Shown one piece after another: positions 58,119 through 64,000 of a stretch of 64,000 nt of DNA; the stretch's first letter is position 1, and each line of letters begins with the position of its first letter. The notes under the pieces are model-generated. The model was given only the letters and a program-made list of their open reading frames with translations, had not been told where the DNA came from and did no database searches. This DNA comes from Candidatus Latescibacterota bacterium (GTDB lineage Bacteria; Latescibacterota; UBA2968; UBA8231). The translations under genes were made by a program, and so were the position numbers. The stretch is taken from NCBI GenBank assembly GCA_965197905.1, contig CBDAOB010000005.1, forward strand, positions 1,184,001 to 1,248,000, given 5' to 3'.

Positions 58119-60152
58119 ATGAAGTACCTGCTCACCGGAGGAGGTACGGGCGGTCACGTCTACCCGGCCCTGGCGCTCGCAGACGAGATCGCAGCTCGCC
58201 AACCTGCGGCCTCCTTCTTATACGTCGGCTTGGCAAGCAAGCTGGAAGCGTGGGTTGTCCCCAAGCGTGGATTCCCCATAAAGTTTGTGCGTTCTCGCTC
58301 CTGTCCCAGATCCACATCACCCTGGTCCTGGCTCGTCTTTTCTTTGACCCTGGCCGTCGGAATCCTACAGGCCTCCCTACTACTGCTGCGCTACAGGCCA
58401 CATCTGATCTTAAGCACGGGTGGCTACGTAAGTGCTCCGATAATGTTTGCGCACGGAATCCTCAAGAACATCGGCTGTTCACGCAGCAAGGTGTTTATCT
58501 TCGAGCCAAACGCCCATCCAGGGATGTTGAACCAGGCCGCCGGCAGGATGGCAGATCGAATTGGGGTCGCCTTTGAACAGGCGGGTCGATGGTTCGACAT
58601 GCGGCGGGTCGCAGTCGTCGGCTATCCCGTGCGGCGCGAGGTGTTGGCGTCGGATCGCGCGGTGGCCAGGAAGCGGTTTGGTATCCCACCGGAAGCGCCC
58701 GTCGTACTCGCATTTGGCGGATCGGGCGGGGCGCGGGCAATCAACGAAGCGGTGATCGATTCGCTGCCGCACCTTCTTTCCCGCCCCGAGCTCCATCTGA
58801 TACACATCACCGGTCAGTACAAAGGTGCAGACTATGACGCCGTGGCGGAAACGGCGGCGCGACTGGAGACTCTCTCTCTAGCTCCGAACCGCGCGGACAG
58901 ATACCACCGTTTCTCCTACATGGAAACGATTCAAGACGCCTATTCTGCCGCCGACCTGGCAATCTGCCGCGGCGGCATGGGCGCGCTTACCGAGATTGGC
59001 GTCTGCGGGTTGCCGTCCGTGATCATCCCATTGCCGTCCGCTGCTGAGGACCACCAGGCGATGAACGCGCGGGAGATGGAGAGAGCAAACGCGGCGCAGG
59101 TGATCTACGAAGAGGCATCGTGGCGCGAGGGCAAGATTTTCAGTCGTGTCGACGGCAAGCGCCTGGCGGCGAAAGTCACCGCACTGATAGACGACCGCGA
59201 GAAGCGCGTCGCCATGGGCAAGGCTGCTGCTACGCTGCCGCACAAGAACAGCCTCGATCTGATGCTTGCAGAGATCGAGAATCTCATTTTGGGGCGCCGG
59301 CCAGCACCTCTCACCTTAGAGTTTCCCGTTCGTGCGAAGTCGGTGCCTGAAGACCCCAATGCGCTGTTGCGCTGGGTGAGTCAGCGTATCGACGAAAGCA
59401 ATGACGTCAATGGCTTGGATCCGCGGGAATTGGCTTATCTGCGCCATCACGCGGACCGATTGTTGGTTTCCTCGGCATGGTACGAGACCCCGCTGGGCAG
59501 GCGGAATGTGGGGATCAAGCTGGTGGGCTACCTCCAGTATGTCGAGCATGTGCCGCTACTGCTGAGCATTCTGCAGGATCGAACCAGGGTTGGCCCGCTC
59601 AAGCGGCTGTTCGGAGGGGATTTTGTCCACGGTGGGTTCCTGCGGCGCAACGCCATCGAATTCGGGATTCGTAAGTTGGGTGTAGCGGACGAAACGGTAA
59701 AGGACGCGTTGATTCTCGCGTTGCGCGAGGATCCGTATTTTGAGGTGCGGGCTGTGGCGGCCAGAGCGCTGGGAGAGTTTATGGGCCCGTGCGTCGAGCT
59801 GGAAGAGCGCTTGGTCGAGGCGCTGGACGATCCCTATCCCGAAGTGGTCATCGAAGTGATTGGAGCCCTCGGCTCGATCGCTCGTCACGAGAAGGTCCTC
59901 GAGCACTTGCAAAGATTTTATTTGCACGACAGTTGGCAGATTAGACAGCGGGTAGTTGCTGTGCTCGCGCAGCTTCTCGAGCGCCGCCTCGTAGATCTAG
60001 ATGAGGTGGCGAAAAGCGCTGATCAAATTCTAATGACGTCCCCTTTCTTCAGTCCCCGTTTTCCCCTCAAACAGCAGCTGGACTCTCTATTCCAACAGCT
60101 TGAACGCGCTTCCGCGAGCCGGGAAAATCAACGGCACACTGCGGAACAGTGA
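58119..60152 (+). CDS. murG: MurG glycosyltransferase fused to a C-terminal HEAT-repeat domain
   Basis: GGGTGGHVYP, TGGYVS, EPNA.PG..N, GYPVR, FGGSGGA, HQAMNA; LREDPYFEVRAVAARALG, ALDDPYPEV. Confidence 0.9.
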   Translation: MKYLLTGGGTGGHVYPALALADEIAARQPAASFLYVGLASKLEAWVVPKRGFPIKFVRSRSCPRSTSPWSWLVFSLTLAVGILQASLLLLRYRPHLILSTGGYVSAPIMFAHGILKNIGCSRSKVFIFEPNAHPGMLNQAAGRMADRIGVAFEQAGRWFDMRRVAVVGYPVRREVLASDRAVARKRFGIPPEAPVVLAFGGSGGARAINEAVIDSLPHLLSRPELHLIHITGQYKGADYDAVAETAARLETLSLAPNRADRYHRFSYMETIQDAYSAADLAICRGGMGALTEIGVCGLPSVIIPLPSAAEDHQAMNAREMERANAAQVIYEEASWREGKIFSRVDGKRLAAKVTALIDDREKRVAMGKAAATLPHKNSLDLMLAEIENLILGRRPAPLTLEFPVRAKSVPEDPNALLRWVSQRIDESNDVNGLDPRELAYLRHHADRLLVSSAWYETPLGRRNVGIKLVGYLQYVEHVPLLLSILQDRTRVGPLKRLFGGDFVHGGFLRRNAIEFGIRKLGVADETVKDALILALREDPYFEVRAVAARALGEFMGPCVELEERLVEALDDPYPEVVIEVIGALGSIARHEKVLEHLQRFYLHDSWQIRQRVVAVLAQLLERRLVDLDEVAKSADQILMTSPFFSPRFPLKQQLDSLFQQLERASASRENQRHTAEQ

Positions 60153-61264
60153 CCGCTGTGATCTACTATCTAGGCACATACCTATACGACACGGTGGAAG
60201 CGCTCTCCTTCCTGCGCTTGCTCAACTCGATCAGTTTTCGAGCGATTGCCGGGGCGATTACGGCGTTGTTGTTTACCATTCTGTTTGGCGATCGCATCAT
60301 CCTCTATTTCTATCGTTCCGGCCAGCGCGACACCCCGCGAAATTACGCCAGCTTCTCTACCGAGGGGGACTCCGCCAAAACCTACGGCGGTGGACTTATC
60401 GTTACCGGCATACTTCTGAGCGTCATTTTGTGGACGAAGGTCCACACTACGTTCGTGCTGCTGTGTATCGGAGCGGTTCTGTGGTTCGCGGCCTTGGGTC
60501 TAATCGACGACAGATTGAAGGTGCGGCATGGCAGCAGCGATCGCGGTCTTTCGGAGGCGGCCAAGCTGGTCCTGCAGTCAGTCTACGGCCTCGCTTTTGG
60601 CCTGATCTATGTAATCGAGGAACTCTCGCCTTTGCCGACGGGCTTGGCAACGCAGTTGTATCTCCCATTCGTCAAGAATCCAATTGTCGATCTCTCCTGG
60701 GGATACGTCCCTTTCGTAATCTTCACAGTGATCGCGATTGCCAACTCGGTCAATATCGCGGACGGAATTGACGGTCTTGCGGTGGTGCCGGTGGCGTTCG
60801 CCATCGCGGTTTTCGGAGTTTTTGCCTACGTTGCGAGCCACGCAGAGATATCGGATTTCCTGATCTTTCCGTTCATGCCGGGCGTCGGGGAGGTGGCCAT
60901 TATCTGTTCTGTCGTGTTCGGGGCCTGTTTGGGATTTCTCTGGTTCAATTCCTACCCCGCCAATGTCATTATGGGCGATACCGGCTCGATGGCGCTCGGC
61001 GGGCTCCTCGGGACAGCCGCGGTTCTTGTCAAACAGGAGTTCCTGTTTCTCATCGTCGGGGGGATCTTTGTGGGGGAGGCGTTTTCCGTCCTGGTGCAAG
61101 AAAAAATCGGCATCAAATGGCTGGGCAGACGATTCTTCCAGCGGGCACCGATTCACCATCATTTCCAGTCTCGTGGTCTCGCCGATACCAAAATCGTTAT
61201 TCGGTTCTGGATCATCGCCGGCATCTTGGCGCTGTGCAGCCTGGCAACATTGAAGATTCGATAA
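60149..61264 (+). CDS. mraY: Phospho-N-acetylmuramoyl-pentapeptide transferase
   Basis: GLIDD, NSVNIADGIDGLA, GFLWFNSYPA...MGDTGS, APIHHHF, KIVIRFW. Confidence 0.93.
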   Translation: MTAVIYYLGTYLYDTVEALSFLRLLNSISFRAIAGAITALLFTILFGDRIILYFYRSGQRDTPRNYASFSTEGDSAKTYGGGLIVTGILLSVILWTKVHTTFVLLCIGAVLWFAALGLIDDRLKVRHGSSDRGLSEAAKLVLQSVYGLAFGLIYVIEELSPLPTGLATQLYLPFVKNPIVDLSWGYVPFVIFTVIAIANSVNIADGIDGLAVVPVAFAIAVFGVFAYVASHAEISDFLIFPFMPGVGEVAIICSVVFGACLGFLWFNSYPANVIMGDTGSMALGGLLGTAAVLVKQEFLFLIVGGIFVGEAFSVLVQEKIGIKWLGRRFFQRAPIHHHFQSRGLADTKIVIRFWIIAGILALCSLATLKIR

Positions 61265-61378
61265 ATACGTAGCTCCCCGCAGAATAGCTCAAGCAGATGC
61301 AATTCGACCGGCTCGATGGGTGCGCCCGCCCGTCAGGCCGGTGGCTAGGAAAGCGAATTTGATGTAGGCGGAGCTAGA

Positions 61379-61855
61379 TCAGAGAACGTTTAATCCGTAG
61401 ATACACAACAAGACGACCACGATACCCATGGTGACACTGATCCAAATCGGGATCGGAGCCGCCTTGTTTCCGTAATGTTCTACGGAATACCGGTTGTACT
61501 CCCGGGAGATCAGCATGTAGGCGGAGACAATCGAGCTGATAATCGCCACGATCAGGAATACAATGCCCATCTGTTCCGGTGCGAAGGTGCGGCTCAGGGT
61601 AAGCGCGTAGGAAATCACGTTCACCAGGAGTCCAAATTCGCGCGACACTAATCCGTAGATGACAATGCCGAGACTGAAGGAACTAATGGTGAGAGTGGCA
61701 AGACCACTCAGAATGGGTAGCTGGAAGAATGCGATCAGGACCAGACTGCCGATCAGAAGGTGAACCCACATCCCGGCGTAGGCATAGAAAAACGCCGGTC
61801 GCTCCAAAGAGGCTTGACCGACGAGATATTGGGAAAAGGTCGGGCGTTTGGTCAC
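61379..61855 (-). CDS. Hypothetical multi-pass membrane protein
   Basis: 158 aa with about 5 hydrophobic helices. Confidence 0.7.
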   Translation of the reverse strand: MTKRPTFSQYLVGQASLERPAFFYAYAGMWVHLLIGSLVLIAFFQLPILSGLATLTISSFSLGIVIYGLVSREFGLLVNVISYALTLSRTFAPEQMGIVFLIVAIISSIVSAYMLISREYNRYSVEHYGNKAAPIPIWISVTMGIVVVLLCIYGLNVL

Positions 61856-61959
61856 AAGCTCAACGTGTGTAGCAGGGCGCAGCAGGGGCGGGGAGGCCCT
61901 AAGATACTACATCGTCTCTGCGGCCGTCAAGCACTCGATCGAGTCGAGGCTACTCGACT

Positions 61960-62769
61960 CTAAGCGGCGTTGGCCAGAGGACACTCCGAAGTTTCCAACC
62001 CTTTGCCGATGGTGTCGCGTTCCAGGAAGCGCACCAGGTTATAGCAGCTTTCTTGTGGTTCGTTGAAGGAGACGGCGAGGGCGTACACCGGGCCGCGTCC
62101 ATCGGTTGTCTGCAACCGACAGTTGACGATGCGGGCTTCTATCGCCTCCAAACCGTAGCGAATATCACGTTCTGCTCCGTTAGAGAGGTTGGTACCTGCC
62201 ATCGACGGTCGGGTGAATCGACCACGTTTGGCCGTTCTGCGACGGACCGCCTGCTCCACGTACTCTTCAGGTGCGGACAGGGTGAGGCGCAACGATTTCG
62301 ATGCCGGGATCTGGCGCACGAACACCTGAGCGCCACCGCCACTGAGGTTGGTGACCACGGCCGGTTTCGAAAGTGTCACTCCCGGTCTCGCGGTTTCCTC
62401 CCACTCCGCCAACGCTTTAAGGGTTACAGCAACTCGATAGGAGCCGCGACGCTGGTGCCCGTCAATGGTTCGAGGTAGCTTCAGCAGCAACACGGGCACT
62501 CGATCATGCAATCGCCGGCGTCCGAATATTTCGCTGGAGAAGGAGTAGTCCTTAGGGCTCTTTGGCAACGCCCGGACGGTGACCGAGGCGCCCCGAGGGG
62601 GACTCAAATCGGCGGGGGCGTCAACGCACAAATACCCGTCGGAGCTCAGATCCTGAATGCGCCCCAGGTGCTGCGAGGCGGAGATTTCCGGATCGTCAAA
62701 AGAGAGCAGGAAACGTTCGCCAATCTTTAGGCCATCCGGAAGCCGGTGGCCATTCTGTGTCTTAGCCAT
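61960..62769 (-). CDS. YcgR-like PilZ-domain (flagellar brake) protein
   Basis: QRRGSYRV (RxxxR) and NLSGGG motifs after a PilZN-like region; AAGGAG RBS. Confidence 0.82.
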   Translation of the reverse strand: MAKTQNGHRLPDGLKIGERFLLSFDDPEISASQHLGRIQDLSSDGYLCVDAPADLSPPRGASVTVRALPKSPKDYSFSSEIFGRRRLHDRVPVLLLKLPRTIDGHQRRGSYRVAVTLKALAEWEETARPGVTLSKPAVVTNLSGGGAQVFVRQIPASKSLRLTLSAPEEYVEQAVRRRTAKRGRFTRPSMAGTNLSNGAERDIRYGLEAIEARIVNCRLQTTDGRGPVYALAVSFNEPQESCYNLVRFLERDTIGKGLETSECPLANAA

Positions 62770-62822
62770 GAGTGAATCTCCTTGACAAAAGTGATCACGT
62801 ATCAAAGTGATCGTATTACAAG

Positions 62823-62849
62823 AAATCGGCGGGTGCAGTCAAATCTTTA
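62823..62849 (-). promoter_or_regulatory. Sigma28 (FliA)-type promoter
   Basis: Minus strand TAAA-N15-GCCGATTT upstream of the PilZ gene. Confidence 0.7.
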
Positions 62850-62930
62850 GTAGTATTTCATACTACATGGTAAGAATTTTTTGCAAGCTGCATCTGGCCC
62901 CGCCTAAAATGTAACAAGTGAAGTAAGAAC

Positions 62931-64000
62931 ATGGTCTTAGAAGTTAACAGGAGACTCGACGAGGCGGTCTCAACGGTCAAAGGGGTAGGGGTAAGGAGGG
63001 CGAAGGTATTGGCCGAAACGGGTATCTATTCCGTCAGGGATCTGCTCTACTACGTTCCGCGACGGTACTTGGATCGCAGCGTCGTGCTGCCGATTGCACA
63101 ACTGCGAACGGACCGTGAGGTCACCATCATCGGGCGAGTTGCCTTGGTTCAATCGTCGTATGGTCCAGGGACTCGGCTGACACTTACCGTTGAAGACGAG
63201 AGCGGTTCGATCGAGTGTATTTGGTTTGCAGGTAGCAAATACCTGGCCAAGAATTTCGAGGAAGGTGACCATCTGGCACTCAGCGGCCAGGTCCGAATCT
63301 ATAAAGGGCGGCAGCAATTCACCCATCCGGACTACGAATTCGTCAGCCTTTCCGGGGAGCAGAGCTTTCTCCACACCTCTGGAATCGTGCCGCTCTACAG
63401 TACCAGCGCGGATCTCAAGGAACGCGGATTGCGAACCCGCACCTTCAGGCGGGTTATGGCTCAGGCGCTGGATCAGTATGGCGAGGCCGTGGTGGACACG
63501 TTAGATCCAGACGACCGCGCGGAGTTGGGGTTGCTGGATCTGAAAACGAGTCTGCGGTCGGTGCACTTTCCGAGCGATGCAGAATCGGCACAGCAGGCGC
63601 GCCAGCGCCTTGCGTTTGAAGAGCTGTACCAGCAACAGCTGCTGCTGGCGCGGGCCAGAGCCCGGCGCCGCGCCTCCCGCGACGGGATCTCTCTCGGTCT
63701 CAGGGACCTGGTCGACCGCTTCCTGGAGCAACTCCCGTTCTCGCCTACTGAAGCGCAGCGCGCGGCAGCGGAGGAGATCCTGAGCGACATGGAGGATTCC
63801 TACCAAATGTGCCGCCTGCTGCAGGGCGACGTGGGATCGGGAAAGACGCTGGTCGCGCTCTGCGCCATTCTGCAGGCTGTTGGCAGTGGTTTTCAGGCAG
63901 CACTGATGGCGCCCACCGAGATTCTCGCCACGCAGCATTACCATACGATAGTACAGCAGCTCAATCCGCTCGGAGTAAACGCCCTTCTCTTGGTGGGCAA
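62931..64000 (+). CDS. recG: ATP-dependent DNA helicase RecG, 3'-truncated by the window (absent from the ORF track)
   Basis: Manual translation: VKGVG..RA..L...GI.SV.DLLYYVPRRY.DR, ARQRLAFEEL, RLLQGDVGSGKT, MAPTEILA.QH. Confidence 0.95.
   Translation, partial: MVLEVNRRLDEAVSTVKGVGVRRAKVLAETGIYSVRDLLYYVPRRYLDRSVVLPIAQLRTDREVTIIGRVALVQSSYGPGTRLTLTVEDESGSIECIWFAGSKYLAKNFEEGDHLALSGQVRIYKGRQQFTHPDYEFVSLSGEQSFLHTSGIVPLYSTSADLKERGLRTRTFRRVMAQALDQYGEAVVDTLDPDDRAELGLLDLKTSLRSVHFPSDAESAQQARQRLAFEELYQQQLLLARARARRRASRDGISLGLRDLVDRFLEQLPFSPTEAQRAAAEEILSDMEDSYQMCRLLQGDVGSGKTLVALCAILQAVGSGFQAALMAPTEILATQHYHTIVQQLNPLGVNALLLVG

Overview
Bacterial genomic window, GC-rich, with about 55 genes and no rRNA, tRNA, CRISPR array or transposase that I can see. 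Several features point to a diderm organism, probably Latescibacterota/FCB-like (inference only): an outer-membrane beta-barrel, lipoproteins, an FlgD-Ig C-terminal domain, a sulfatase and TPR-fused GT-C enzymes. Housekeeping and metabolic content includes speD, rnhA, lpdA, gmhA-like, cca, fdhD, murA (Asp variant), hom-apgM-lysC-asd, phoX, murG-mraY and a partial recG. There is also a nurA-HAS-herA operon and a NuoEF-like plus selenocysteine formate dehydrogenase operon with an in-frame UGA and a SECIS hairpin. The most unusual items are: (1) two adjacent unannotated paralogues that share a C-terminal domain, one carrying a long acidic region and about 23 copies of a 14-aa repeat; (2) a consensus sigma54 promoter 85 nt upstream of a long terminator hairpin just ahead of the formate dehydrogenase operon (candidate sRNA or attenuator); (3) a MurG-HEAT fusion paired with mraY outside a dcw cluster; (4) a 165-bp MITE-like palindrome at the herA stop; (5) a secreted AGE-family protein lacking key catalytic residues; (6) an unannotated 47-aa membrane protein. 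Several frameshifts lie in homopolymers and may be sequencing errors. All family calls come from motif recognition by eye, not from database searches.
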